Positions 1 through 14,039 of a stretch of 64,000 bases of DNA are shown one piece after another. The DNA is taken from contig OX597831.1 in NCBI GenBank assembly GCA_951406725.2, positions 29,884,001 through 29,948,000 on the forward strand, written 5' to 3'. This stretch comes from Octopus vulgaris. Lineage: Eukaryota. Within the stretch, counting starts at the first letter, position 1; every line of letters begins with the position of its first letter. The translations under genes and the position numbers were made by a program. The notes below the pieces were generated by a model that was not told the origin of the DNA, ran no database searches, and saw only the letters and a program-made list of their open reading frames with translations.

Positions 1-244
1 AGATTGACCATAGTACGCAACTGCTACTTATTTTATCGACTCCGAAAGGATGAAAGGCAAAGTCGACCTCGGCGGAATTTGAACTCAGAACGTAAAAAAC
101 AGGAAGAAATACCGCTAAGCATTGTGTCCGACTCGCTATACTCTCGACTAGTTCACCGCCTTAGGTTAAGTATACTATATAGAAGCTCCTTCACTAACTC
201 ATGTGGTCTCTACTTTCAAGCCAGTATAGAGTTCTTTTTGTGAA

Positions 245-540
245 GATACGTGGCTTCGTAGTTAGAGCATTCGACTCTTGAGTTAAATTCCCGGCGACGC
301 GTTGTGTCCTTGAGCAAGACACTTTATTTCACGTTGCTCCAGTCCACTCAGCTGGCAAAAATTAGTTGTACCTGTATTTCAAAGGGCCAGCCTTGTGACA
401 CTCTTACTGAGAACTACGTTAGGGGTACACGTGTGTCTGTGGATTTCTCAGTCTCATATACGTTAATTTCACGAGCAAGCTGTTCCGTTGATCGTATCAG
501 CTGGGACCCTCGTCGTCGTAACCGACAGAGTGCTCCTTTT
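245..540 (+). mobile_element. SINE with CORE-like body and tail type A
   Basis: Body gtgtccttgagcaagacactt is shared with 29690-29872 (-) and 24000-24250 (-). Confidence 0.75.
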
Positions 541-1271
541 TAAAGAGTTCTTTTTAGGGACGAACTATTTGCAAATATTTATTGGGTCCAAATGACAACA
601 TTTATGATTCATGTGAACCCTATTTCTTTATAGACGGTAACAAGTTTGCTGAGGGCAAATATTTGGCTGTTTGTTTCTTTTTTTTATATTTAACTCGGTT
701 AAGTGACGAAGGATATTAGATTGCTGTCAAGTTTGATTATTTATTGATAAATTCACTTCGGTCTGTTGATGGCACCGCAATAAATAAATAAATAAAACAA
801 TGATTTAGGGGTGTGTTGGACTGGTGTTGTATGAAAGACAACACGTGTGTGTGTGTGTTTGTGTGTGTGCGCACGCATGTGATGCGGGGGGGGGGGGGTC
901 GATTACAAGACACTTATCAGTGTAAATAGAGCTGGGGTCCCCCACCACGTAAGGGTACAGTGAAACAACGAGGTGGGGAGGGTGGGATTGATTGATATAT
1001 TTGAAACGTGACATGTGTTGAACCGCGTTCTCATCCGTATGTGTGGTGTATACATGTATATATATGTGTGTGTGTGTGTGTGTGTATATATGTATATATA
1101 TTTATATATGTATACATATTTATATATATGTATATATATTTATATATATGTATATATATTTATATATATGTATATATATTTATATATATGTATATATATT
1201 TATATATATGTATATATATTTATATATGTATATATATTTATATATGTATATATATTTATATATGTATATAT

Positions 1272-2211
1272 ATGAGCTGGACGAAATATACGAGTGGGCT
1301 GAAAAGAATAGCATGCAGTTCAATGCTGAAAAGTTTCAAGCTTTATACTATCAGCATGCAAAACTGAATGCAATACCCAAGGAATACACTGGACCCGGAG
1401 GGATTGCAATCCCAGAGGCACAATCAGTGCGTGACCTGGGTATTCACATGAGTGATGACGCGACCTTTCATGTACATGTTGCTAAACTGACAATGAAATG
1501 CAGACGGCTGGCTGGATGGATTCTTAGAACCTTTAGAACAAGAGAACAAGAAACCATGATGGTCCTCTGGAAGACACTTGTCCTAAGCCACTTTGACTAT
1601 TGCTCTCAGCTATGGTCACCATCCAGTGTCAAGTTGATCACAGAACTTGAGGCGATCCAACGAAGCTACACGAAGAAGATAGCCTCTATGCAGAATGTAA
1701 GCTACTGGGAAAGACTCAAGAGATTAAAATTATATTCCCTGGAGCGTAGGCGGGAAAGATATGCCATAATATACATCTGGAAGATCCTGGAGGGAAGTGT
1801 CCTGAACTTTGGCATCGAGAGTTACGCAAATGCCAGAACTGGGCGCCACTGCGTGGTGCCTAGGACTCCAAACTTGCCATCAAGATGTAGGACAAGATTC
1901 TGTGATAGCCTGGGCTTCCGAGGCCCACAGCTCTTCAATATCCTCCCGAAGAACCTGAGAGACCTGCATGGGGTGGATACAGATGTCTTTAAAATGGAGC
2001 TGGATCTCTTCCTGTCAGGTGTCCCAGATGAACCAACTTCACGGCAGGAGGGGCAGATGAGGGCAGCTGCATCGAACTCTCTCATGCACCAAATAGCAGT
2101 TGCTAGAAAGCCTCCATGAAGTGAAACCAAGTAGCAACACCAAATGGCGGTGCCCCAGCATGGCCACAGCTCATAAGCTGAAACTAGAATCAATCAATCA
2201 ATCAATCAATC
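1272..2211 (+). mobile_element. 5'-truncated CR1/L2-group LINE (RT C-terminal part, 3' UTR, (ATCA)n tail)
   Basis: Open frame [41 protein letters not shown] to TGA at 2119. Highly similar to 46950-47830. Inserted in a TA-rich minisatellite present on both sides. Confidence 0.92.
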
Positions 2212-2624
2212 ATATATTTATATATATGTATATATTTATATATATGTATATATTTATATATGTTTATATACATGTATATATATATATATGTATATATATA
2301 TTTATATATATGTATATATGTATATATATATTTATATATATGTATATATATATATTTATATATATGTATATATGTATATATATATTTATATATATGTATA
2401 TATATATATGTTTATATGTATGTATATATATATATATGTTTATATGTATGTATATATATATATGTATATATATATGTATATATATATGTATATATATATA
2501 TGTATATTTATATATATGTATATATATTTATATATATGTATATATATTTATATATGTTTATTTATATATATATATACATACATACATATATGTGCGCGTG
2601 TGCGTGTATATATATATATATATA

Positions 2625-3745
2625 AAAACACCTAAGAACCAAATCATAACAGACATCTACCACAAACCTACAGACTCACAACAATACCTCCTCTTTAGTT
2701 CATGCCACCCAAAACACACCAAGACAAATATCCCTTTCAATTTAGCTAAAAGGGTATGCACCATTGTCTCGGATCCAAAAACACGAGACCTCAAAAAAAC
2801 ACTATTACAACGTCAATATCCCTCCACCCTTATAGAGTATGGAATAAAACGCGCCAAAGAACTAGACAACACTACACTGAAAACCACCCAACCTAACACC
2901 ACACACAACCTCAAAATACTTCCATACATTTCCACCCACAACCCCAAAAATATCGAAGCATACACCACAATCATACAAAACCTCAGTCTACTGTCAACAG
3001 ACCCAAAAATGAAAAACATTATAAATACACAGAAAATCCTCAAATGCAAAAGGCAACACAAATCTTTAAAAAAACTCTTGACAAATGCCAAACTTCACAC
3101 ACCACATCCACCCCCAACAGTAAAAAAATGTGCACGCTCAAACTGTGGTACCTGCCCCTTTCTACTTGAAGGCTCTGAATTTACCTTCAAACAAGGTACG
3201 AAGTTTAAAATCAAGACTAACTTCTCCTGTTCCTCCGAGAACCTTATCTACGTTCTCACATGCGCTGGTTGCCAACATAATTATGTTGGACAAACGAGTC
3301 TCCCGTTACGTAAACGAGTAACGGTGCATAAAGAACAAATAAATCTCCCGGAATACCGACAAATTCCACTGAGTGACCACTTAGACTCATGTGCTAAAGA
3401 CTTAAACCCCAAATTCTATATATTCCCCTTCTACCAATGTAAAGACGGGATCACCACACAGGAGAGAATTAACAAGGAGAATCTCTTTATTGAAAAATTC
3501 CAAACACAACTTAATATGCAAACTCCTCGTTGATCAAACTTCCTTTCTCTACCTCACTCTTCATGGATGGACTAACACAAATATATAAAGATACCATGCA
3601 TTCATCACTTCAAGCTAAAACTTATATTCTTTAAATATCATTTTTACTATTGTTGTTATTACTATCATTTTATGTTACGATTTTATGCTCCTAACAAAGT
3701 ATTATTGTTAAGCTGAAACTGTTAAGCTAATGTAAAAAGAAATGG
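2625..3745 (+). mobile_element. 5'-truncated Penelope-like element (RT thumb, Cys knuckle, GIY-YIG endonuclease)
   Basis: Motifs [37 protein letters not shown]...YVGQT...RVTVH...[13 protein letters not shown]. Open to 3533; begins directly after (TA)n. The 3' boundary is approximate. Confidence 0.9.
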
Positions 3746-3749
3746 TATT

Positions 3750-3956
3750 ACTTTTTACTTTTTACTTTTTTACTTGTTTCAGTCATTTGACTGCGGCCAT
3801 GCTGGAGTACCGCCTTTAGTCGAGCAAATCGACCCCGGGACTTATTCTTTGTAAGCCCAGGACTTATTCTATCGGTCTCTTTTGCCGAACCGCTAAGTGA
3901 CGGGGACGTAAGCATACCAGCATCGGTTGTCAAGCAATGCTAGGGGGACAAACACA

Positions 3957-4006
<50 letters not shown>

Positions 4007-4178
4007 CATATATACGACAGGCTTCTTTCAGTTTCCGTGTACCAAATCCACTCACAAGGCATTGGTCGGCCCGGGGCTATAGCAGAAGAAACTTGCCCAA
4101 GATGCCACGCAGTGGGACTGAACCCGGAACCATGTGGTTGGTTAGCAAGCTACTTACCACACAGCCACTCCTGCGCCT
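3750..4178 (-). mobile_element. SINE family 1 (tRNA head, CORE-like segment, internal microsatellite, LINE-derived tail)
   Basis: A/B boxes tggctgtgtggt and ggttcagtccc. Multiple near-identical copies in the window. Confidence 0.9.
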
Positions 4179-4477
4179 ATGATGAAACTATGTTATCGTT
4201 TTCTGTAAAAAGCAATGTTTTGGACTTACGACACTTTTGCATTATAGCAACGATCTATAGGCGTGTTCTTATGCTTGAAGTGTGTATAAGTGAATATGTG
4301 TGCATTGGTGAGTGTGAAAGTGCATGTGTATGCGTTAGTATGTTTACGTTTGCGGTGTTTTGGTGTGTATGGATTAGTTTCTTAAAAAAAAAGTGATCAT
4401 CAAACGTGGGTGGGTGGGTGGGTGGGTGAGTGCACGAATGTGTTTGCAAGAATGTGTGCATAAATATGTGACTCTAT

Positions 4478-4536
<59 letters not shown>

Positions 4537-4616
4537 CACGCAACAGAAACTACCATATGGTTATGTTTAGAACGAAACAGATTGTATAAATAACAGTAGG
4601 GGTTATACACACACAC

Positions 4617-4658
<42 letters not shown>

Positions 4659-4765
4659 CTATATATATATTTGTACATATATATACAAAGAGAGAGATAT
4701 GTATATATGTACATATATACATATCTAACTATATATATGTGTACATATATAGATATCTAACTATA

Positions 4766-4820
<55 letters not shown>

Positions 4821-5178
4821 ATTATCTGAAAGTGTATTTAGATTATGGACTATGTTGCATACAACAGATGGTGTATATAGTCTTACAAAATTCATGACAT
4901 GCAACAAGTGTATATAGCTGTAGTATGATTGAAAATTAAGAGTGTACATAACCATACGGAATACATGATGTACAGTAGGTATATGTTGGTATATGTAGCT
5001 ATATGACTGAAAGCTGTGTGTGTATATAGCTATGTGGAATACATAACGTGTAATAGAGTGTGTAGATAGCTATATTGACTACACGACTCATAACTGACAG
5101 TATACATAATCATATAGACTAATATGATGTACAACAGACACGTGTGTATATAGCTACGTTGATTACATAATACGGTGC

Positions 5179-5249
<71 letters not shown>

Positions 5250-5527
5250 TAATAAATAAAATAAAACATATGCATATATATAAACATATATGTACGTACC
5301 TACCTCTACATGTACATATACACGCATATATGAGTACAGGACACCAAAAAGGACGTCGAACACAATGAGAAACGAAAACATAGACACAAACCAAAGGGAC
5401 TGGACATTTATTTAAAAACAGCAAAAAAATAGAATACAGGACAATTAACACAAAGAAAAAGCCCCTTCTTCAGTTGCTAAAGCTTTCATCCACTCTACGT
5501 TTCGAAGGATAAAAGCGAGACGTATCT

Positions 5528-5575
<48 letters not shown>

Positions 5576-7024
5576 AACTGACGACTTGTGTCATTATGAT
5601 CGACAATAGGAGTGTGTATATAACTTTATATGACTGAGAGTGTGTGTATAATGTTAGCGATTAATAGTAGAACTTTTAGAGCTACACGTGACCGATAAAG
5701 GCAGGAAGAGATTTGACATGATGGGGGTAATTGACAGGAATGCTACAATTGCACATAGAAGTGAAAGTTGTGTTATTTGCGATGGATAGGTTTCTGGTAA
5801 TAAAACTAACGATGGAATTTGCAAAGTTCTCAAAACACGAACAATTGACTTTAATTGTATTTCTATTAAAAATGCTTACAACATTTATTATGATTTATGG
5901 TATAGTTTCCATAGCAATGTGAAAACGGATCACTTGAGCTAAAAGGTGGATTAAAACATAATCCTTATTGACCTGTGATTTATATATATATATTTAAGGA
6001 CATTATCGCAATTCCTGTAATGGATTTTATCAATGAAATGGCCTCGTTACGCTTGTAAGAAACAATATTGAGAGCAACCTTATCCGAAGATAAGGAGCAA
6101 ATGTATTTATCAATATTGACTATGATTTTTTTTTAAACTGAAGGTGGGTGGTTCGAATGTTTATTTATATAAAATAACATTTCATTTGCTTTGGGGGGGG
6201 TTACATTTAGAGATATAGAAAACAAGAGTTTAAATTTAAAGTGACATTCCAAAAATTAACTGCGTTAGAATTTGTGTTAACGTAATCCTTAAATCTAATT
6301 CTTTGCATATATCTATAAGATCTTATCTAAATTTATATAAATCACCACCTCTCTATATCATGTGACAGTATTACATTATCACTTCCGTTTGCACTCCTAT
6401 ACAAGGTATGGACTCATTTGTAATATACAAGGTACAAAAATTCTAATAATTTTGTATAATTCAGCCCCATCGCACGACCCCAAGGAATCGTCATCAAAGA
6501 ACAAAAGAGATTATCTAGCATAATGATCTTGATATTGGTTTCACTAATTTGTACAAAAATACCAAATTCAAGGATTTACAAAAAAATGAGTTTTAGCTAC
6601 GTATGGTTAATATTTTATTATATCGAATTGTATACATTTTCAAAAATGTTTCATGTGCCGTTGACGCATTTTATTCCAACACCACCATTATTCCAATAGA
6701 GAAGAAAAATGGTGTTTAGGCGTTAAGTATGATAATACTAGCATCTATTACTTGTTTCAGTCATTAAAATTGTGGCCATGCTGGGGCACCGCTTTGATTC
6801 AATCTTAAGTGGATAAGTACTAGGATAGATAGATAGATAGAAAGATAGATAGGTGCATGCACACACACATATCCTTATCAATATGATTGTTGTTGTTGTT
6901 ATTTAAGACAGTTTGATTCGGCCCCGTCAAACTTGAAGTTTCATAGTCTCTCTCTCTCTCTCTCCCTCCAATGTTACGGGGATGTAAATAAACCAACACC
7001 GATTGACAAGCGGTAGTGCATCAC

Positions 7025-7465
7025 AACCAAATGTGGGCGACATGGTGATCTCATATCAAGATAAACAGCACATGACTTTGCAGGTGGGGCCCAGTTAGAA
7101 TATTCTTCTGGTCGTGTAGCCCATCCCGCTCAAAAGATCCCTGAATAAGAATTGTTTAAGGATGTTGAACGAACCACCCATGTTTCCAAAGGTGAATTAT
7201 CCAAACTCCAAGAATTCCTCTCAACACACGGCTATGATGCTCCCCTACTACTCCTGCTCGTGATCAGAGATGCACATATCGTCAGCCACTAAGGGACATG
7301 CTCAACTGGTTAAGGTCAAACAACTGACAAGCAAATCTGTGGTATTGAGTAGAATATTTGCTGTAGCCCATCTTTTATACCAAGACAAAACAATGTACAT
7401 GATAACACTTCCAATCAGTTAAGATCAGAAGCCATGAGAGCCACTGCCTGGTACTGCATCAGGGC

Positions 7466-7468
<3 letters not shown>
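7025..7468 (-). mobile_element. Interspersed repeat abutting (TTA)n, possibly the 5' part of a TAA-targeting non-LTR element
   Basis: A second partial copy lies in + orientation at about 41610-41775. The repeat starts directly at the long (TTA)n tract. Family assignment is inference. Confidence 0.5.
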
Positions 7469-7542
<74 letters not shown>

Positions 7543-7929
7543 TTATTATTATTATTATCATTATTATTATTATTATTTAAGACAGTTTGATTCGACCCCT
7601 TGAGACTTGAAGTTTCATAGTCTCTCTCTCTCTCTCTTTCTCTCTCTCTGTATGTATGTATGTATGTATATATATGTGTGTGTGTGTGTGTGTGTACACA
7701 GAGAGAGAAGGGGAGAAAGAAGGAGAGAGAGGAAGAGAGAGTAGAGAACGCATTATGACTTTTTCTCATACACTTTCCAAATTAGCAGGAAGTTTGTTTG
7801 AAATATTTTGAGGCAACGAACCTTCTCGAATTTCTCTCACAAATATATTATACCCGGGTACATTCTGGGTATGTACTTATTGCCACTGATTAAAGAATTC
7901 AATAGTACCAGATTCGCACTATCGTCACG

Positions 7930-8600
7930 GCCGCCACCACCATCAGCACCACAACTAGCACTACTATCGCCGCTACCACCGCTACAAGGTTACCATTACT
8001 GTAGTTATCACCACCTCTACTACAACCAAAACATCTACCACTACCACCATCATCACCACGGCTACAATAACTACTACTATTACTACTACTACCACCACTG
8101 CCACTACCACCGCCACCACAACACCACTACCACAACAAATATCACCACTACCACCACCACTATCACTATTACCAACACCACAACACCACCACGGCAACAC
8201 TACTACCACCATCACAATAATCATCCACACTGACGCCACCACTGCTACCAACACCACCCCCAAGACACCAGTATTACCACCACCATCACAACTTATCACC
8301 ACACCAATATCATCACCACCACAACCACCACCACCACTACTACCACCACCACCACAACCACCACCACCACCACCACACTACCACCACCACCACATAGTTA
8401 CAACCATTCACCACCTTTACTACAGCCGCTACACTTATCATTACTGCCACCGTGACAGTTATCATCACCACAACCATCATTATCAACATCATCATAACCG
8501 TCATCAGCAACTCCACCGCCGCCGCCAAAACGCCAACACCACCAGTTTCACTACCATCAACACAACCATCACTATCAACACTACCTCAAGCACCAGCATC
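7930..8600. repeat. Degenerate (CAC/ACT/CAT)n low-complexity region
   Basis: Mixed trinucleotide tracts. Confidence 0.85.
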
Positions 8601-8866
8601 AGGCCGAAACTTCGAAGTCACTGTCAAAATTACTATATCTTTATTTTCTATTTTCTTTGGGTTTTTTTTATTATACTTGTTTCAATCATTAGACTGTGGC
8701 CATACTAGGGCACCGCCTCAAAGAACTTTGTTTTGCCAAATGAATCGACCCCAGTACTTTTTTTTAAAAGCCTGTTACTTATTCTATCGGGCCCTTTTTG
8801 CCGAACCGCTAAGTTACAGAGCGTAAACACACCGACACCAATTGTCAAGAGGTGGGAGAAGGCGAA

Positions 8867-8918
<52 letters not shown>

Positions 8919-8975
8919 GTATACACACACACAAACACATATATCTATACCTATCTATCTAGCTAGCTAGCTAGC

Positions 8976-9006
<31 letters not shown>

Positions 9007-9131
9007 ATCACGTGACCGACCAGACCATCAGATGTTGCTACACATCGCTGGTCACAATGCACTTCGCATTGTTTTGGCCTTCGATAAACGCCACCCCGCT
9101 GGCTAAGCGAGCAGGCCAATATATATATATA

Positions 9132-9227
9132 TTGGCATCTTGGGCAAGTGTCTTCTGCTATAGCCCCGGGCCGACCAATGCCTTGTGAGTGGATTTGGTA
9201 GACGGAAACTGAAAGAAGCCTGTCGTA

Positions 9228-9268
<41 letters not shown>

Positions 9269-9470
9269 TTGTGTGTCTGTGTTTGTCCCCCTAGCATTGC
9301 TTGACAACCGATGCTGGTGTGTTTACGTCCCCGTCACTTAGCGGTTCGGCAAAAAGAGACCGATAGAATAAGTACTGGGCTTACAGAGAATAAGTCCCGG
9401 GGTCGATTTGCTCGACTAAAGGTGCTCCAGCATGGCCGCATTCAAATGACTGAAACAAGTAAAAGAGAAA
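9132..9470 (+). mobile_element. SINE family 1, 5'-truncated
   Basis: Matches 3750-4178 in reverse. Further partial copies at about 8670-8870, 10490-10656, 23200-23368 and 63690-63920. Confidence 0.85.
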
Positions 9471-9739
9471 GAGATATATATATACATACATACATACATA
9501 CATACATACATACATACATACATACATACATACATACATACATACATACATACATACATGGTGGCTGCCACCTCGTTATCGAGTATGGCCATTGCACGAA
9601 GCTTAATCAATGTTGTTATCGTGCAATGCCTGTGCAAGAAGATATTTTTTAAAGTGAGGAAAGGCTGTGCACTGAGTCAATCCCACTCACTAAGAAACAG
9701 CAGCCTTAATCCGAAAAGAAGAACAAGTCAACATCATCG

Positions 9740-10105
9740 GTAACCACTGAGCTGCAGGTTTTATGTCGGAGTTATCCCAGTTACCTGAGTTACCTTCTCC
9801 TAGAAGGATGCCCTAACAAAGGCTAGGAGTCCTTCACTCCCAATGGTTTAACCGCGCGATCGGGTATTCAGTCCGATTATTTCTATGTCCCCGTGCATGA
9901 TACAGCCTTAAGACATTTATTGGATGGCCGTTGACTCTCAAGAGTTCCTACACCTTTTGACAGGTTTTGTTTTTCATCCTCCAATAAACACCCTCCTCAC
10001 CAAGCAAGCTTGGTGGGGTTGCCGGTTTAGGCGCCGACGACCCGACCATGCAACAGGTTGTACTGGGTTACATGTTACCAGTAGAACTCGAAAGTGACCT
10101 GACAT
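9740..10105 (-). mobile_element. Probable RTE-clade LINE 5' UTR fragment
   Basis: GC-richer unique block containing ccttctcctagaaggatgccctaacaaaggct, which resembles RTE 5' UTR motifs (from recall). Confidence 0.35.
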
Positions 10106-10138
10106 AATCATAATCACACACACACATACATACATACA

Positions 10139-10174
<36 letters not shown>

Positions 10175-10190
10175 TATACATATATACACA

Positions 10191-10238
<48 letters not shown>

Positions 10239-10381
10239 CATATATATATTCGAAATGGCTGACGACTAGCATCACGCTTGAAACTCATAAGTACCAACGA
10301 ATTTGAATCTACTGTTTTGATCCATAGAAGTAATTCCCAATAAATTGGTTGAGTGCTCTTCTTTCATTTGTCCACTCACTA

Positions 10382-10454
<73 letters not shown>

Positions 10455-10460
10455 CATACA

Positions 10461-10496
<36 letters not shown>

Positions 10497-10715
10497 TACG
10501 ATGGGCTTCTTTCGGTTTCCGTCTACCAAATCCACTCACAAGGCACTAGTCGGCCCGAAGCTATAATAAAAGACAGTTGCTCAAGGTGACACGCAGTAGG
10601 ACTGAACCCCGCACCATGATGTTGTGAAGCAAAATTCTTACCACACAGCCACACCTGAAATTATTATCATTATCATCATCATCGTCATTACCATCACCAT
10701 CACCATCACCACCAC

Positions 10716-10778
<63 letters not shown>

Positions 10779-10905
10779 TCTAAAAGAATAATAAATTTCT
10801 ACAAAAAGTATTGAATAATTCGTCAGTTGAACGTAAAGTTGTTTTTATTACAACAGAAAAAACAAACGTTAATGTGCGTGCTTGCAAGCGAGAGTGCGTG
10901 TGTGC

Positions 10906-10937
<32 letters not shown>

Positions 10938-11129
10938 ACGGCAACAGCCAGAATTGGCCTTCATCCAATCTAGGTTTAATTGGGGGGCTTTTCTTTGAAC
11001 ATTCTAACCGAAACGCTGACCTTCTCTGGCAGACAAACAGTATTTCATAGAAAGAAATTGTGTTTTAATGAAGTGAGGCGGTGGCTTTCAGCCCGTTCCA
11101 TTACCCTATTCATAATTTTTTTTTTCCTA

Positions 11130-13670
11130 CTAAAGACGCAGGCGCAAGACCTGAAATTTTCGGTGAAGGGGAAGTTGGTCAATTACCTCAACCCCAGGAC
11201 TCAACCGACGTTTATTTCATCGATCCCGAAAGGATGAAAGATAATGTCGACTTCAGTAGAATTTGAACTCAGGACGTAAAGATCCGGAAGAAATGTTGCT
11301 AAGCATTTTGTCCGGCGTGCTAAAGATCAGCCAGGTCACCACCTCAATGGTGGTTTAAAATTCTGACTCAGGGCCAGCAGCTTTTTTGGAGGCGGTGAAG
11401 TAGTTGAATACATCGACCCCAGTACTTGACTGGTACTTATTTTATCGACCCCCCGAAAGGGAATGGAGGGTAGAGTCGACCTCGGCAGAATCGGCATATG
11501 GCCAGCAAGTTCGGGGTTTTGGCAAGTCGATTAGATCAACCCCAGTGTTTAACTGGTACTTATTTTATCGATCCCGAAAGGATGAAAGGCAAAGTCGATC
11601 TCGGCGACATTTGAACTCTGGATATACCAGTTCAGTCCTTTTATGAAGGTATTTGAGTGTGTGCTTGTATATCCAGCGTGCTAACGCTTCTGCCAGCTCG
11701 CCGCCTTAATAATAATAATAATAATAATACAAAGAATATGCCTCCTCATTGATATGACTGTCCCAATCGATATAAACGTATGTGTCAAGACCTACCAAAA
11801 ACTGAGCAAATATAAAGATCTTGAAATAGAAATCAGCAAAATGTGGAACCTGAAGACTAAAACAATACCTGTTGTCATAGGTGCCCTGGGAATGATAGCA
11901 AAAGGGGCTGATTACTACCTAACTCAGATACCAGGAAACCCAAAAATGGCAGAAATTCAAAAGATAGTGCTCATGGGAACTGCTCATATCCTACGCAAAA
12001 TACTTTCTATGTAATCTCAAGGCTTAAAACAAACAATTTTCGTTTTTTTTTTTTTTAGACATTCACTAGTACAACACTAAAAAAACCCCAAATATATGGC
12101 ACACTAGGCATAACAACAACGTGAACTTCCAACCTGTTGTCTCTTGAGGTCTCTGGGAAATGATAGCAAAAGGGGCTGATTGTTACCTAACTCAGATACC
12201 AGGAAACCCCAAAATGGCAGAAATTCAAAAGATAGTGCTCATGGGAACTGCTCATATCCTACACAAAATACTTTCTATGTAATCTCAAGGCTTAAAACAA
12301 ACAATTTTCGTTTTTTGTTTTTTTTTGTTTTTTAGACATTCACTAGTACAACACCAAAACCCAAATATATGGCACACTAGGCATAACAACAACATGCACT
12401 TCCAACCTGTTGTCTCTTGAGGTCTCTGGGTGAGACTTGGAGCCAACTTGAACAAATATAAAGCAAAAGTCAAACATAGAATAATAATAATAATAATAAT
12501 TCTTACTTCTCTAGGCACGAGGTCTGAGATTTTTATGGAGAGGCGAGTTAGTTGATTACGTTGACCCCTACTACTCACCGTGGCACTTATTTCTTCGAAA
12601 TCTGAGAGTATTTTGAGCAAAGTCGACTTCGGTGGAACTTGAACTTAGAACGTAAAACCGGAAGTGAAAGTCTGTTAATCATTTTGCCCTGCATGCTAAC
12701 GATCCTGCCACCAGCTCGCCGTCTTATCTTGTTTCAGTGTTTGTTAGCATTAAGAGGTGTAGTGCGAGTGTATTTGGGTCAGGGGCACGAACTGTGTCTT
12801 GTTGGATTGTTCTCATTGAACTTTGACCTTACTTGTTTGACAGTTAAACCTTGATGGAATCATTCCTTCACTGAATTCCTTAAACAATCTGAGATAGTTT
12901 CAGAAATTCGAGTGGTGGTGGGGGGCGCGGTATATTGCCAGAATTTTTTTTTTTTTTTTCAGCTTGATATTTGTTTTAAGGCGGAGGGAGCTGGCAGAAA
13001 CGTTAGCACGTCGGGCGTAATGCTTACCGGTTTTTCGTCTGTCTTTACGTTCTGAGTTCAAATTCCGCCGAGGTCAACTTTAACTTTTATCCTTCCGGGT
13101 TCGATAAATTAAGTACCAGTTGCGTACTGAGGCCGATCTAATCGGCTGACCCCCTCCCCAAAAATTTCGGACCTTGTGCTTTGAGCAAAAAAGAATATTT
13201 AATGCAAATAAGGCGACGACCTGGCAGAAACGTTATCACACCGGGCGAAATGTTTACCGGTATTTCGTCTGTCTTTATGTTCTGAGTTCAAATTCTGCCG
13301 AGGTCGACTTTGCCTTTCATCCTTTCGGGGTCGATAAATTAAGTACCAGTTGCGTACTGGAGTCGATCTAATCGACTGGCACCCTCCCACAAAATTTCGG
13401 ACCTTGTACCTAGAATAGAAAAGAATATTACTGGCTTCAACTTTTGAAGGTGGCGAGCTGGCATCATTGTTAGCACGCCGGGCGTAATGCTTACCAGTGT
13501 TTCATATGTCTTTACGTTCTGAGTTCAAATTCCATCGAGCTCGACTTTACTTTTTATCTTTTCGGGAACAATAATTTAAGTACCAGATGTGTACTGGGGT
13601 CGACCTAATCGACTGGCCCCCCCTCTCCCAAAAATTTCGTGCCTTGTGCCCAGAATAGAAAAGGATATTT
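11130..13670. mobile_element. Cluster of SINE family 3 copies (minus strand to about 12725, plus strand from about 12980)
   Basis: Repeated aaggcggcgagctggcagaa...gagttcaaattccgccgaggtcgactttgcctttcatcctttcggggtcgataaa motif. Confidence 0.88.
11729..12480 (+). mobile_element. R4/Dong-like non-LTR element 3' end (restriction-like endonuclease) with internal tandem duplication
   Basis: LIDMTVPID..K..KYKDL...IPVVIGALG...QKIVLMGTAHILRK is typical of the R4/Dong RLE C-terminus. Flanked by (AAT)n on both sides. About 11884-12155 is repeated at about 12154-12430. Confidence 0.8.
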
Positions 13671-13911
13671 GTTTTGTTGGGTTTGGTGTGGTTTGTTTTA
13701 CTGGTTTTTTGAGAGGGTTTCTTTGTGGATTTCAAAGTTCCAACCACAATTCTAAAAAACAGAAGCCAAACAATAAAAATTAATAGAATGGTTTTATACG
13801 ATAAAAATAATTATGGTAATGATAATGATGATGATAAGGATATCTCTAGGGTATACATATATATATATACATATATATATACATATATATATATACATAT
13901 ATACATACATA

Positions 13912-13943
<32 letters not shown>

Positions 13944-13984
13944 CATATATATATATACATATATATATATACATATAAACATAC

Positions 13985-14039
<55 letters not shown>

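Noticed and set aside
1008-1271. YI/CV/TH-repeat ORFs here and throughout the window
   Set aside because: These are translations of (TA)n, (TG)n and (TATG)n tracts, which lack stops in several frames.
2100-3533. 477-aa ORF as one protein
   Set aside because: It is a chance fusion of LINE 3' UTR, stop-free TA microsatellite and a Penelope fragment.
5455-5515. Hammerhead-like GAAAC...CTGAAGA on the minus strand (and CTGAAGA near 61262)
   Set aside because: Stems II and III cannot be formed canonically.
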